Notes under the pieces: generated by a model
Told to the model about the DNA's origin: nothing
Seen by the model: only the letters and a program-made list of their open reading frames with translations
Databases searched by the model: none
In this document: positions 49,623 through 60,058 of the stretch, piece after piece
Layout: each line of letters opens with the position of its first letter
Position numbering within the stretch: the first letter of the stretch is position 1
Translations under genes and position numbers: made by a program
Origin: Acidimicrobiia bacterium
GTDB lineage: Bacteria > Actinomycetota > Acidimicrobiia > Spongiisociales > UBA11373
Reading direction: 5' to 3'
Assembly: GCA_036478235.1 (NCBI GenBank)
Contig: JAZGDZ010000097.1
Location: forward strand, 33,058 to 97,057
Length of the DNA stretch: 64,000 nt

Positions 49623-52600
49623 GTGCACCTGAAGACACTTTCCCTGGCGGGCTTCAAGTCCTTTGCCGACCGCACCCGGATCGACTGCGAGCCCGGGGTG
49701 ACGGTCGTGGTCGGGCCCAACGGGACGGGCAAGTCCAACATCGTCGATGCCATTGCCTGGGTCATGGGCACTCAGGCCACGAGCACGCTGCGCACCCAGA
49801 AGATGGAGGATGTGATATTTGCCGGCACCGCGATACGTCCGGCTCTGGGCCGGGCGGAGGTGTCGCTCACGCTCGACAACAGCTCGGGTGGGTTGGCGCT
49901 CGACCTCGCCGAGGTCACCATCACCAGACGCCTGTACCGGGACGGCACGAGCGAGTACGAGATCAACGGCACGCCATGCCGCCTGCTCGACATCCAGGAA
50001 CTTCTGGCCGACAGTGGGGTCGGTCGACACCAGCACGTGCTCGTCGGCCAGGGCCGGGTCGACAGCGTCCTGAATGCAGGGCCGGATGAGCATCGGGCGG
50101 TGATCGAGGAGGCGGCAGGCGTCATCAAGCACCGCCACCGGAGGGATCGGTCGACTCGCCGCCTCGAGGCCACCGACGTTGACCTGGCCCGCCTCAACGA
50201 CCTGCTGAGCGTGCAACAGCGTTTGATGCGCCCGCTCAAACGTCAGGCCCGGGCGGCCGAGCAACACGAAACCGTCAGGGCCGAGTGGCGGGCGCTTCGC
50301 TTGTGGCTCGGGGGAGAGCGATTGCGCGGCGTGCGCCGGCGGCTGGCGGAGATCGAGGTCGCTGCCGAGGAGACTCGGCAGCGGCTGGGGTCGGCCGTGA
50401 CCGAGCGCGAGGCGATCACGGCCTCCCTGGGAGGGTTGCAGGCGGCTGCCGGGGAGACGGGAGAGGCGCTCGATCGCGACACGGCGGCTGCAGCTCGGCT
50501 GGAGACCGCCGCGGAGCGGCTGCAGAGGATCGCCCTGGTGGCGCGGGAGCGTCGCCTCGGCCTGGAGAGGCGGCTGGTCGGCGCCAGCGAGCGTCGCCGC
50601 GATCTCGAGTCCGAACGGGAGCACTTGGTAACTTCGATCGAGGCGGCGCGGGCCGAGGAGGCTTCTACCTCAGAGGCTGAGGAGCGGCTCGCCATGACGC
50701 TGCGGGCGCTCGAGGACGAGGAACGATCGCTGGCCGATGCCGGCCGCCTACCGGCCGACGGCGTCGCCGCCTCGCTGCAGGGTGACCTCGCCGCACTCGA
50801 GGCCGCTGCCGTCAGGGACGATCGGGAGTCGGCCGACCTGGCTCGAAGGCGAGGGGCGGTGGCGGCCGTGATCGAAGAGGAGCTCCGGGAGAGCAAGCGG
50901 CTCACCGTCGAGCGCGCTGCCGCGGCGGCAGGGATGGCGAAGACCGAGGGGGCCTTTGCGGCCGCTCGCGACCGGCTGAGCCAGGACGGAGAGGCGGCGC
51001 GGCAGGCGGAAGAGGCGCTGCAAGCTGCGGATAGCGACGTGGCGGCTGCGACGGCACGCGTTGAGGCTTTCGAGGCGGCCCGCACGGGGCTGGCGGACCC
51101 AGAAACTAGGGCTGCTGCGGACGAGATCGATTCGGTGATCGGCAGGATCGCGTCGCGCCTCGACGTCCCACTCGAACTGGCGGCCGCCATCGACGCTGCT
51201 CTCGACCCCTGGGCCGATGCTCATGTGGCCTCCGATCATGCCGGAGTGGTGGCGGCCGCTGCCTCGATGAAGGATTCGGGTCGCGGCGGGGTGTCGTTCG
51301 TCGCTCCGCTCCCGGGCAGGGAGGTGGCGGCGAGGTCGGTGGTCGGGGAGTCGAGCGTCGCCGCTCTCGTCGATCGGTTGGGACCTGCGGCCGATCTCGC
51401 TCTGGCTGCCACTCTGATCGGCGACGTAGTGCTCGCCGGCTCGTGGACGGCGGCGGCGGAGCTGGTTGCGGCCCATCCCGAGCTGCGTGCCGTCACGGTG
51501 CAGGGGGACTTGGTGACGGCCGCAGGGATCGCGGCTGCCCACCCACACGGGGCAGGTGCGGCCGTGATCGAGGCGGCCCGGCATGCCGCTGAAAAGGCCG
51601 AGACCCATCTGGCGAGGACCGCAAGCCGTACCACCACCGCGATGCGGGCCCGCGATCTCTCGGCCAAGGCTGCCGACGAGGCCGAAGCTGCTTTCGACGG
51701 ATTCCGGCGCCGCGCGGCCGGGATCGATGAGACGCTCGCACTGCTCGAGCGCTCCAAGTCCGCCCGCGACGCCGAACTGAAGCGTCTCGACGCCAGGGCG
51801 AGGACGCTGGCCGAGGCGGCGGCCACCCGGGCCGAGCGGGTGTTCGGTCTCCGCAGGCGCTTGAGCGCGTTGGAAGGTGACGCGGCGGACGGTGTCGACG
51901 CACTGCAAGATCTCTCCAAGCGGCGCGAAGAGGTCGCCCGCCGGCGCGATGAGATCCAGCACAAGCGCCAGGAGTCGGCATCGGCGGCGGCCGCGGCGGC
52001 CGAGCGTCGGGCTCTCATGGAGTCCCGGTTGACCGAGCTGGCCTCGCTCTTCGACGTCGTGGACGAGCCCGTCGATCCGGAGGCACTGGCCCGGCTGACC
52101 CGAATCGAGGAGCAGGCGGCAAGGGCCCGGACGGCGGTTCGATCCCACGTGGACGCGCTGCGGGAGCGGCAACGACGGCTTCGCACCGAGGCCGGAGAAG
52201 CCGGATCGAAGCTGGAGACGGCGCGGGCCCGACGCGATCGACTCGGTGAGATCACCGAGCAGGCTCGGGAGGTGGCCTCCAAGCTCGCCGTTGAGCAGGC
52301 GGAGCTCCAGGTGCGAGAGGAGTCGGCGGCCGAAGCGCTGCGCCGCGACATCGATGCCGACGAGGCGGCGGCGCTGGTCGCCCCCGCACCGGAGCTCGCG
52401 GAATCGGTCGACCCGCAATCCCACCTCGAGTCGCTCGAGGCGAAGTTGAAGCGCCTCGGCCCCGTCAACCCGCTGGCCGCAGCCGAGTACCAAGATCTGG
52501 AGGAGCGGGCTCGCTTTCTCGAGGAGCAGCTCGCCGATCTCGAGGGGTCGCGGGCCGAGCTTCGTAAGGTCATCAGCGCCCTCGACGAGGAGATCGGCCG

Positions 52601-53066
52601 TCTTTTCATTGCGGCGTTCGAGGAGATCGCGGCACTTTTTTCCGAGAACTTCTCCGTGCTCTTCCCCGGCGGCACCGGCAAGATCACGCTGTCGAGTCCC
52701 GACGACCCGCTGACGACCGGCGTCGACATCTTCGCCCAGCCGATGGGCAAGAAGGTCGACCGGCTCCAGCTGCTCTCCGGCGGCGAAAGGTCGCTGGCGG
52801 CGTTGGCTTTCCTGTTCGCCTTGTTCCGTTCGCGTCCCAGCCCGTTCTACGTCCTCGACGAGGTGGAGGCGGCGCTGGACGATGCCAACCTGCACCGGTT
52901 CCTGCGCCTGGTCGGCACTATGCGTGATACTTCACAGCTCGTGATCGTCACCCACCAGCAGCAGACGATGGAGGCGGCCGACGTGCTCTACGGGGTCACG
53001 ATGGAGCCCGGAGAGAGCAGCAGGGTTGTTGCCAAGCGCATGGCCGGGATCGCAGCCGGAGCGTGA
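49623..53066 (+). CDS. smc: Chromosome partition protein SMC
   Basis: [15 protein letters not shown]-terminus, long coiled coils, hinge, C-terminal [18 protein letters not shown] signature; the ORF-table TTG at 49578 lies inside the hairpin. Confidence 0.9.
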   Translation: MHLKTLSLAGFKSFADRTRIDCEPGVTVVVGPNGTGKSNIVDAIAWVMGTQATSTLRTQKMEDVIFAGTAIRPALGRAEVSLTLDNSSGGLALDLAEVTITRRLYRDGTSEYEINGTPCRLLDIQELLADSGVGRHQHVLVGQGRVDSVLNAGPDEHRAVIEEAAGVIKHRHRRDRSTRRLEATDVDLARLNDLLSVQQRLMRPLKRQARAAEQHETVRAEWRALRLWLGGERLRGVRRRLAEIEVAAEETRQRLGSAVTEREAITASLGGLQAAAGETGEALDRDTAAAARLETAAERLQRIALVARERRLGLERRLVGASERRRDLESEREHLVTSIEAARAEEASTSEAEERLAMTLRALEDEERSLADAGRLPADGVAASLQGDLAALEAAAVRDDRESADLARRRGAVAAVIEEELRESKRLTVERAAAAAGMAKTEGAFAAARDRLSQDGEAARQAEEALQAADSDVAAATARVEAFEAARTGLADPETRAAADEIDSVIGRIASRLDVPLELAAAIDAALDPWADAHVASDHAGVVAAAASMKDSGRGGVSFVAPLPGREVAARSVVGESSVAALVDRLGPAADLALAATLIGDVVLAGSWTAAAELVAAHPELRAVTVQGDLVTAAGIAAAHPHGAGAAVIEAARHAAEKAETHLARTASRTTTAMRARDLSAKAADEAEAAFDGFRRRAAGIDETLALLERSKSARDAELKRLDARARTLAEAAATRAERVFGLRRRLSALEGDAADGVDALQDLSKRREEVARRRDEIQHKRQESASAAAAAAERRALMESRLTELASLFDVVDEPVDPEALARLTRIEEQAARARTAVRSHVDALRERQRRLRTEAGEAGSKLETARARRDRLGEITEQAREVASKLAVEQAELQVREESAAEALRRDIDADEAAALVAPAPELAESVDPQSHLESLEAKLKRLGPVNPLAAAEYQDLEERARFLEEQLADLEGSRAELRKVISALDEEIGRLFIAAFEEIAALFSENFSVLFPGGTGKITLSSPDDPLTTGVDIFAQPMGKKVDRLQLLSGGERSLAALAFLFALFRSRPSPFYVLDEVEAALDDANLHRFLRLVGTMRDTSQLVIVTHQQQTMEAADVLYGVTMEPGESSRVVAKRMAGIAAGA

Positions 53067-54049
53067 CGGTCGCGCTGATCACCGCGGGGGCGGTCGTTCT
53101 CCTGGTGGTCGCCGTGTGGCTCCTGCGCAGGGGTGGGGGCCGGTCGACAGATTCGATCCGGCGTGACGCCCCGACGATCGAGGTCGTTCCGCCGCAACCG
53201 ACGCGGCTTGGTACCCGTCTCGGGGGCCTCTTCCGCCGGTCGATCGACACCGGCTTCTGGGTCGACCTCGAGGACGCGCTCGTCGCCGCCGACGTTGGGG
53301 TGGCGACGGTGACCAGGGTCGTCGCCCGTGTCAGGGGCCTGAATCCCGTGTCGGCGGAGGCAGCTCGTCGGGCGTTGTGGTCCGAGCTGGTCGCATCCTT
53401 TGCAGAGACAGACCGTACGATCCGGACGTCGGGCGAGCCGGGGATTGTCGTAGTGGTCGGAGTAAACGGCTCCGGCAAGACCACGACGATCGCCAAATAC
53501 GCCAAGTCCCTCGTGGACTCGGGCACGCCGGTGCTGGTTGCCGCCGCCGACACGTTCCGGGCGGCCGCCGCCGAGCAGATTGTCGCCTGGGGGGAACGGA
53601 TCGGGTTTGATGTGGTTCGAGGCCAGGAAGGGGCCGATCCGGCATCGGTGGCCTTCGACGCCTTGTCGGCGGCCCAAGCGAGGGGTCACGGTGTGCTCAT
53701 CGTGGACACCGCCGGCCGCCTGCATTCGAAGCAGAACCTCATGGACGAACTCGGCAAGGTCGTCCGGGTGCTGTCCCGGGAGGCGGGCGGGGTCGGCGAG
53801 ATCCTGCTGGTGCTCGATGGCTCGACCGGTCAGAACGGGATCGCCCAGGCTCGCGCTTTCACCGAAGCGGTGGGGGTGACGGGAGTCGCCATCACAAAGC
53901 TCGACGGCACGGCGAAGGGCGGGGTGGCCGTCGCCGTGGAGCGCGAGCTCGGCATACCCGTGAAGCTCATCGGGTTGGGCGAAGGCGAAGGCGACCTGCT
54001 TCACTTCGATCCGGCCCGATTCGTGGACGAGCTGCTGGGAGACGCATGA
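53063..54049 (+). CDS. ftsY: Signal recognition particle receptor
   Basis: VVVGVNGSGKTTTIAK, DTAGR, TKLDGTAKGG SRP-GTPase motifs. Confidence 0.9.
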   Translation: MTVALITAGAVVLLVVAVWLLRRGGGRSTDSIRRDAPTIEVVPPQPTRLGTRLGGLFRRSIDTGFWVDLEDALVAADVGVATVTRVVARVRGLNPVSAEAARRALWSELVASFAETDRTIRTSGEPGIVVVVGVNGSGKTTTIAKYAKSLVDSGTPVLVAAADTFRAAAAEQIVAWGERIGFDVVRGQEGADPASVAFDALSAAQARGHGVLIVDTAGRLHSKQNLMDELGKVVRVLSREAGGVGEILLVLDGSTGQNGIAQARAFTEAVGVTGVAITKLDGTAKGGVAVAVERELGIPVKLIGLGEGEGDLLHFDPARFVDELLGDA

Positions 54050-54429
54050 CGGATGAGCTCATAGCCCGTGCGAGGGCCCGCGCCGAGAAGGCCTATGCGC
54101 CGTATTCGCGGTACCGGGTCGGCGTGGTCGTCGTGGCCGATGACGGGAGCACCTTCGAGGGCGTCAACGTGGAGAACAGCGCCTACGGTTCCACGATGTG
54201 CGCCGAGGCGACCGCCATAGGTGCGGCGGCGTCGGCGGGGGTGCGCAAGATCGACACCCTGGCGGTCTCTTGCATCGATGACTTCGAGCCGGGCTATCCA
54301 TGCGGCAACTGCCGTCAGCTGATGGGCGAATTCGGAGTCGAGCGTGTGCTGATCGACGGACCGGAGGGGGTCATCGAGCACACGTTCGACGAGATCCTTC
54401 CCCACGGGTTCAGGCTGAAGAGCGATTAG
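54046..54429 (+). CDS. cdd: Cytidine deaminase
   Basis: CAE zinc-ligand motif (TMCAEATAI) and PCGNCRQ. Confidence 0.85.
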   Translation: MTDELIARARARAEKAYAPYSRYRVGVVVVADDGSTFEGVNVENSAYGSTMCAEATAIGAAASAGVRKIDTLAVSCIDDFEPGYPCGNCRQLMGEFGVERVLIDGPEGVIEHTFDEILPHGFRLKSD

Positions 54430-54525
54430 TAGCAAAAGGGTCGGCGCCTAGCGGCGCCTCCCGCAATCGCCTCGCCACGCTCGGCATGCAATCGACAAGA
54501 AGGGTGTAACAGCGGGCTTGCTGGG

Positions 54526-54557
54526 GACTGGCGACTGGCGACTGGCGACTGGCGACT
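54526..54557 (+). repeat. (GACTGGC)4.5 heptamer micro-array
   Basis: GACTGGCGACTGGCGACTGGCGACTGGCGACT. Confidence 0.9.
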
Positions 54558-54598
54558 TTCCCCCTATAGATCACCGACCATCTCTCCGATACGACCTC

Positions 54599-54853
54599 AT
54601 GACCACCGGGGTGCAACACGACTGGAAGGTGACCACCGGCTACCGGATCCTGCTTCGGATCGGCTGGGCCGTGATCGCCGTGGCGGTCTACTTCGCCACC
54701 GCCGCCGCGGTGCTTGACTCCATCGCGGTGTGGTGGATCGTGGCCGGTCTCGCCCTCGCCGTGATGACGCTCACGGCCGTGCTGCCCGAGCCGGTACCGC
54801 GTGACCTCATCATCGGCCCGCGCAATTGGGTCGATCCGGACTCGCCCCGCTGA
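54599..54853 (+). CDS. Possible small two-TM membrane protein inside the repeat-rich island
   Basis: 84-aa ORF with two hydrophobic helices; flanked by heptamer arrays. Confidence 0.35.
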   Translation: MTTGVQHDWKVTTGYRILLRIGWAVIAVAVYFATAAAVLDSIAVWWIVAGLALAVMTLTAVLPEPVPRDLIIGPRNWVDPDSPR

Positions 54854-54969
54854 TTCAGCATCCCGAGAGCTCCCTGTCGAGCGGCGTGGGGATCGTGCGC
54901 ACGCCGACAGTGAATCAACTCGGCGCCTCGCTTCGCTCGGCGGCAATCGGCAATCCCCCTCTGGCTTCT

Positions 54970-55039
54970 TGCCTAATGCCTAATGCCTAATGCCTAATGC
55001 CTGATGCCTGATGCCTGATGCCTGATGCCTAATGCCTAG
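54970..55039 (+). repeat. (TGCCTAA)4(TGCCTGA)4(TGCCTAA)(TGCCTAG) heptamer array overlapping the etfA stop codon
   Basis: Ten perfect 7-nt units; the etfA TAG is the CTA of the ninth unit on the opposite strand. Confidence 0.9.
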
Positions 55040-55985
55040 CCTTCAACGCCTCGATCAGCTTCGGCAGAACCTTGTGGACATCACCGACGACTCCGAGGTC
55101 GGCCACCCCGAAGATGGGCGCTTCCTCGTCCTTGTTGACGGCGATGATCGTCGCGCTGTCCTTCATGCCGACCAGATGCTGCATGGCTCCGGAGATCCCC
55201 AACGCGATGTAGACACTCGGCTTGACGGTCTTGCCGGTCTGACCGACCTGTAGCGAGTAGGGGACCCAACCGGCATCGACGACGGCGCGGGTGGCGCCGA
55301 CGGCCGCTCCCAGCAGACCGGCCAATTCCTCGACCGCGGCGAAGTGCTCTTCGCTACCCATTCCTCGGCCCCCGGAGACGATCACGTCGGCCTCCTCCAG
55401 CTTGGGGCCCGACGATTTCTCCGCATGGCTGGCGGTGATCCGGGCACTCCCGCTGTGAGCGGTGTCGGGCACGGCTACGGCGACGACGGTCGGTTCGGCG
55501 GAGCCCACCGGCTCGGCGGTGAACGACTTGGGTCGGACGATGGCGATGTGCGGGCCGGGGTCGGTGAACTCGGTTACGACCAACGTCGTCCCGCCGAGGA
55601 TCTCGTTGATCACCCGCGATGACCCGTCGGCGGTGATGATGTCGACGGCGTTGGAGAGGACCGCCACCCCGAGACGGGCGGCGAGCCGGCCCGCCACATC
55701 GCGGTCGGTCGGCTGCAGGCCGAAAAGGAGCAGATCGGGGCTCTCCGAGGCGCACAGCTCGGAAAGCGCGGCGGCCGCGGCGGCCGAGGGCAGGATGTCG
55801 CCGGGGTCGAGGTGGTAGACGGTGGCGGCTCCGTGAGCACCGAGCGCCGCCACCGCCTCGCTCGATCCGGCGCCGACGAGGAAGGCGGCGATCTCGTCGC
55901 CGAGGTCCCTGGCCTTGGTGAGCATCTCGAGAGAAAGCGACGAAGGTGCCCCGTCGACTTCTTCCGCAAAGACCCAGATGCGCAT
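55029..55985 (-). CDS. etfA: Electron transfer flavoprotein alpha subunit
   Basis: MRIWVFAEE start; FAD-binding C-terminal domain (IAVNKDEEAPIF). Confidence 0.85.
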   Translation of the reverse strand: MRIWVFAEEVDGAPSSLSLEMLTKARDLGDEIAAFLVGAGSSEAVAALGAHGAATVYHLDPGDILPSAAAAAALSELCASESPDLLLFGLQPTDRDVAGRLAARLGVAVLSNAVDIITADGSSRVINEILGGTTLVVTEFTDPGPHIAIVRPKSFTAEPVGSAEPTVVAVAVPDTAHSGSARITASHAEKSSGPKLEEADVIVSGGRGMGSEEHFAAVEELAGLLGAAVGATRAVVDAGWVPYSLQVGQTGKTVKPSVYIALGISGAMQHLVGMKDSATIIAVNKDEEAPIFGVADLGVVGDVHKVLPKLIEALKARH

Positions 55986-55987
55986 CT

Positions 55988-56764
55988 TCAGATCACCTTC
56001 GCTTGCTCGAGCAGCCTCACGATTTCCTGGTGAGCATCGCCCTCGTCCTGCACCTTCACCCCGGCGGCACGCTCCGGCGCCGGCCTGACTTCCTTGATGT
56101 CCTGGCCGGAACCGGCATACCCAACGGCGGCGGCCTCCAGTCCCAGCTCGGCGCACGACGGCTGCTCCACGGGCTTCTGCTTCGCCTGCATGATCCCCTT
56201 GAACGTCGGGTAGCGAGGTTCGACCGCACCGGAGGTGACCGAGACCACTGCGGGGAGGTCCGACTCGACCACGTCGTACCCGGCGCCGGTCTGGCGCTCG
56301 ATGCGAATCGTGCCGGACTCGTGCTCGACCTTGCGAGCGAAGGTGAGAGCGGGCATTCCGAGGAACTCGGCAAGCATCTGGGGGACGACTCCTGCGTAGC
56401 CGTCGGTCGACTCGGTGCCGGCTATCACGAGGTCGGCTCCTTCCCGCTCGATGGCCGCGGCGAGCACCCGTGCTGTCTCGAGAGCCCCCGAGCCGCGCAG
56501 CGCCTCGTCGTCGACGACGATCGCCTTGTCGGCGCCCATAGCGAGGGCTTGGCGAATGCCCTGCAGGTTGCCTGCCGGGCTCATCGATACGAGGACCACC
56601 TCGCCGTCGGTCTCCTCGGCGAGTTGGAGGCCCAGCTCGATGCCGTAGCGGTCGGTGTCGTCGAGCACCTGGTCTGCGGGGCGAATGACGAAGTGATTCT
56701 CCGGATCGAGCTCGTACGGCGTGGCCGGATCCGGAATCTGCTTCACGCAGACAGCGATCTTCAT
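55988..56764 (-). CDS. etfB: Electron transfer flavoprotein beta subunit
   Basis: MKIAVCVKQIPD start typical of EtfB. Confidence 0.85.
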   Translation of the reverse strand: MKIAVCVKQIPDPATPYELDPENHFVIRPADQVLDDTDRYGIELGLQLAEETDGEVVLVSMSPAGNLQGIRQALAMGADKAIVVDDEALRGSGALETARVLAAAIEREGADLVIAGTESTDGYAGVVPQMLAEFLGMPALTFARKVEHESGTIRIERQTGAGYDVVESDLPAVVSVTSGAVEPRYPTFKGIMQAKQKPVEQPSCAELGLEAAAVGYAGSGQDIKEVRPAPERAAGVKVQDEGDAHQEIVRLLEQAKVI

Positions 56765-56823
56765 TGAACTCCTCGGGTGATGGCCGCAGCGGATGTTAGA
56801 GGCGGGCGTCGTCCTCCTCGCCT

Positions 56824-57648
56824 CTACCGGGCGAGTCGGGGCAGCAGCCCGTCGAGCAACTTGGTGAACCGTCCCCGGGCCTCGTTGGCCACCTCCGTGA
56901 CCTCCTCGTGGCTCAGCGGGGTCGCCGATATCCCGGCGCCGAGGTTGGTGACGAGCGACATGCCCAGGACCTCGGCGCCCATGTGACGGGCCGCGATCGC
57001 CTCGGGGACGGTCGACATCCCGACCAGGTCGGCGCCCATCCGCTTGGCCATCTGCACTTCGGCGGGCGACTCGTACGAAGGACCGAGGAACCATGCGTAG
57101 ACGCCCTCTGCTAGCGGGACGCCGACCTCTTCACCGACTTGTCTGGCGAGGTCGCGCAGCTCTGCGGCGTAGACCGAGCTCATGTCCGGGAAGCGAGGTC
57201 CGAGCCGATCGTCGTTGGGCCCCATGAGGGGATTGCGGGCCGTGAGGTTGAGGTGATCGCTGATCAGCACGAGGTCTCCGGCGGCCAGCCCGTCGCCGAT
57301 GGCGCCTGCAGCATTGGTGAGGGCGATCGTGCCGCAGCCGGACGCCACGGCGGTTCGCACCGCAAAGATGACGTCCGAAAGATCCCAACCTTCGTATGCG
57401 TGCACCCGGCCGGCCAGCACCATCACCGGCCGGCCTTCGAACTCGACGGAGAAGAGCGATCCGGAGTGGCCTTCCACCCGGGGGACCGGGAAGTTGGGGA
57501 TATCCCCGTAGGGGATCTCGACCGCTCCGGGAAGGGTGGCGGCGTAGGTGCTCAGGCCCGAGCCGAGCACGATGGCTGCGGCGTGCTCGGGGCGGCCGGT
57601 CGCCTCGGCGATGGCTGCCCGTGCATCCTGGATCGCCTCGTAACTCAT
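56824..57648 (-). CDS. punA: Purine nucleoside phosphorylase
   Basis: PNP/MTAP family I motifs (GSGL, HVHAYEG-like, MSTVPE). Confidence 0.8.
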   Translation of the reverse strand: MSYEAIQDARAAIAEATGRPEHAAAIVLGSGLSTYAATLPGAVEIPYGDIPNFPVPRVEGHSGSLFSVEFEGRPVMVLAGRVHAYEGWDLSDVIFAVRTAVASGCGTIALTNAAGAIGDGLAAGDLVLISDHLNLTARNPLMGPNDDRLGPRFPDMSSVYAAELRDLARQVGEEVGVPLAEGVYAWFLGPSYESPAEVQMAKRMGADLVGMSTVPEAIAARHMGAEVLGMSLVTNLGAGISATPLSHEEVTEVANEARGRFTKLLDGLLPRLAR

Positions 57649-58949
57649 CTGACCTCCTCGTGGACGAGTGGGGGAACGAGGGCGGGTCCATCCCCGATCT
57701 CGAAGGCCCGCTGTGCGAGAATGACCGCATCCTCCAACCGCCGGTCGCTGTTGTAGTGGAGCGTCGCCAGGACGTCCCCGGATGCCACCTCGTCGCCCAG
57801 GTTCACTTCGACGGTGATTCCCACGCCGGGGTCGATCACGTCGGCCTTCGTCTCCCGACCGGCTCCGAGGCGCATGGCACCGACCCCGATGTCGAGCGCG
57901 TTCGCCCGGGTGACGACGCCCCCGCGATCGGCGGTCACGGCGTGCTCGCTCGCGGCCGTCGCCAGCAAGCCCGGATCGTCGACCACGGCGGTGTCGCCGT
58001 CTTGGGCTGCGACCACTTCGCGGAACTTCTCGAAAGCAGCACCGGAGGCGACGACCCCTTCGAGCCGGGTTTGACCTTCCGCCGTGTCGGCTGCGACGCC
58101 GCCCAGGACGAGCATCTCGGCGCCGAGTCGGTAGACGATCTCGGCGAGGTCCGCAGGGCCGCCACCGTGCAGCACTTCGATCGACTCTCGGATCTCAGCG
58201 GCGTGCCCCACCTCGCGACCCAGCGGTTGGGACATGTCGGTGATCAGAGCGGTGACCATGGTGCCGTGGGCTCGCCCAATCCCGACCATGGTTTCGGCGA
58301 GCCTGCGGGCGCCGTCCAGGTCCTTCATGAAGGCTCCACTTCCGACCTTCACGTCGAGAACGAGGGCGTCGAGGCCCTCGGCGAGCTTCTTCGACATGAT
58401 GGAGGAGGAGATGAGCGGAATCGAAGGCACGGTGCCGCTGACGTCTCGCAAGGCGTAGATGCGCCGGTCTGCCGGAACCAGGGTCTCCGACTGGCCGGCG
58501 AGCACGATTCCGTGTTGCTCGAGGATCCGGGTGAACTCGGGAGGGTCGAGTCTGGTACGGAATCCGGGGATCGCCTCCAGCTTGTCGAGCGTGCCCCCGG
58601 TGTGGCCCAGGCCGCGTCCGCTTATCATCGGGATGGCCACCCCGCAAGCGGCGACCATCGGCACCAGCGGGATGCTCACCTTGTCGCCGACCCCGCCCGT
58701 GGAGTGCTTGTCGACCTTGGGTGCGGCGACGTGGCTGAAGTCGAGAACTTCGCCCGAGTGGAGCATCGCGTTGGTCCAGGCGGCGAGTTCGGCGTCGTCG
58801 AGCCCCTCCTTGAAGACGGCCATGAGCATTGCCGACATCTGATAGTCGGGGATGCGATCTGCCGTGTACTCGGCGATGAGCCATCCGATCTCATCTGCGG
58901 AGAGTCGGCCGCCGTCGCGTTTGGTCTCGATCAGGGAGACGAAGTTCAT
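57645..58949 (-). CDS. deoA: Thymidine / pyrimidine-nucleoside phosphorylase
   Basis: DKHSTGGVGDK, glycosyl-transferase family 3 fold; the ORF-table N-terminal extension to 59078 is Arg-rich junk. Confidence 0.85.
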   Translation of the reverse strand: MNFVSLIETKRDGGRLSADEIGWLIAEYTADRIPDYQMSAMLMAVFKEGLDDAELAAWTNAMLHSGEVLDFSHVAAPKVDKHSTGGVGDKVSIPLVPMVAACGVAIPMISGRGLGHTGGTLDKLEAIPGFRTRLDPPEFTRILEQHGIVLAGQSETLVPADRRIYALRDVSGTVPSIPLISSSIMSKKLAEGLDALVLDVKVGSGAFMKDLDGARRLAETMVGIGRAHGTMVTALITDMSQPLGREVGHAAEIRESIEVLHGGGPADLAEIVYRLGAEMLVLGGVAADTAEGQTRLEGVVASGAAFEKFREVVAAQDGDTAVVDDPGLLATAASEHAVTADRGGVVTRANALDIGVGAMRLGAGRETKADVIDPGVGITVEVNLGDEVASGDVLATLHYNSDRRLEDAVILAQRAFEIGDGPALVPPLVHEEVR

Positions 58950-59227
58950 CCTTCCCCCATTCTGGCTACCCGTCCCCGTTTGACGCGAACGCCCTCGGCG
59001 CGCAGCCGCCTGGCGTGCTCGCGTTCGTGTCCCGGCACCAGCCTTCCGGTCGCCGCGACCACTCGCCACCACGGCCACGTGCCGTCCGACGCTGCCAGGA
59101 GGTTGCCCACCGCCCGGGCCGCTCCAGGGCGGTCGGCTTCGGCCGCAACCTCTCCGTAGGTGACCACCTCACCCGGCTCGAGCCGCGCCAGCACCGCGGC
59201 GACGCGGTAGGCGAAGTCGTCACTCAC
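58946..59227 (-). CDS. Alkyltransferase-like protein (ATL; MGMT fold with Trp replacing the acceptor Cys)
   Basis: TYGEVAAEADRPGAARAVGN...WPWWRVV aligns to the PCHRV motif with W for C, as in YbaZ/Atl1; GTGA overlap with upp. Confidence 0.7.
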   Translation of the reverse strand: MSDDFAYRVAAVLARLEPGEVVTYGEVAAEADRPGAARAVGNLLAASDGTWPWWRVVAATGRLVPGHEREHARRLRAEGVRVKRGRVARMGEG

Positions 59228-59841
59228 GTCGTCCCGAACAGGCGGTCCCCCATGTCGCCGAGGCCCGGCTGGATGTAGAACTGGTCGTTGAGGTCGCGGT
59301 CGAGCGCAGCCGCGACGATGTCCACATCGGGGTGCTCGGCGCGCATGCGCTCCACACCTTCGGGAGCGGCCACGACACACAGGCAGATGATCCGCGTGGC
59401 CCCCGACTCCTTGGCCTTGCCCACCGCCCACGACAGCGATCCGCCCGTCGCCAGCATCGGCTCCAATATGAGGACCGTTGCCTCGGCCAGATTCGGTGGC
59501 TTGAAGTAGTACTCGATCGGTTCGGCCGTCTCTTCGTTTCGCTGCACACCGGCGAACCCGACCTTTGTGTGAGGAATCAGATCGACGACCGCGTCGAGCA
59601 GGCCGAGACCCGCTCGGAGCACGGCGATGGCGACCACATTGGAGGAACGGTGGCCTGCGGTCTCTTCGAGAGGTGTCGTGATCGTCACTTCATCCGTCGG
59701 AAGATCGCGTGTGGCCTCCATGACGAGCGCGTAGCAGAGCCTTCGGGCCGCACTTCGGAACTCTTCGGGCTCCGTGTCCCGGTCCCGCAGCACGGTGAGG
59801 TAGTGCCTGGCGAGCGGGTGTTCGAGCGTGGTGAGTTTCAT
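59224..59841 (-). CDS. upp: Uracil phosphoribosyltransferase
   Basis: MKLTTLEHPLARHYLTVLRD start; LILEPMLATGGS PRPP motif. Confidence 0.9.
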   Translation of the reverse strand: MKLTTLEHPLARHYLTVLRDRDTEPEEFRSAARRLCYALVMEATRDLPTDEVTITTPLEETAGHRSSNVVAIAVLRAGLGLLDAVVDLIPHTKVGFAGVQRNEETAEPIEYYFKPPNLAEATVLILEPMLATGGSLSWAVGKAKESGATRIICLCVVAAPEGVERMRAEHPDVDIVAAALDRDLNDQFYIQPGLGDMGDRLFGTT

Positions 59842-59919
59842 GTGACTTCCCCGTGTGACTCCGAGAGCGTAGTTGGGGTCAGCCCGATGCCCGGCCTGCG
59901 ACGCCCGACGCCGCTTCAA

Positions 59920-60010
59920 GTCACCAGTCACCAGTCGCCAGTCCCCAGTCGCCGGCAAGCAGTCGATGCCGCAGTCCCGTCTGGAGACTGGAGACTGTGG
60001 ACTGGAGACT
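59920..60010. repeat. Inverted pair of heptamer micro-arrays, (GTCRCCA)5 and (GACTGKA)4, separated by 27 bp
   Basis: GTCACCAGTCACCAGTCGCCAGTCCCCAGTCGCC ... CTGGAGACTGGAGACTGTGGACTGGAGACT; the two arrays are imperfect reverse complements. Confidence 0.85.
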
Positions 60011-60058
60011 CCCCAGTACGACCAAGGCCCTGACTCGCCCCTACCCTCTTTGGCACGC

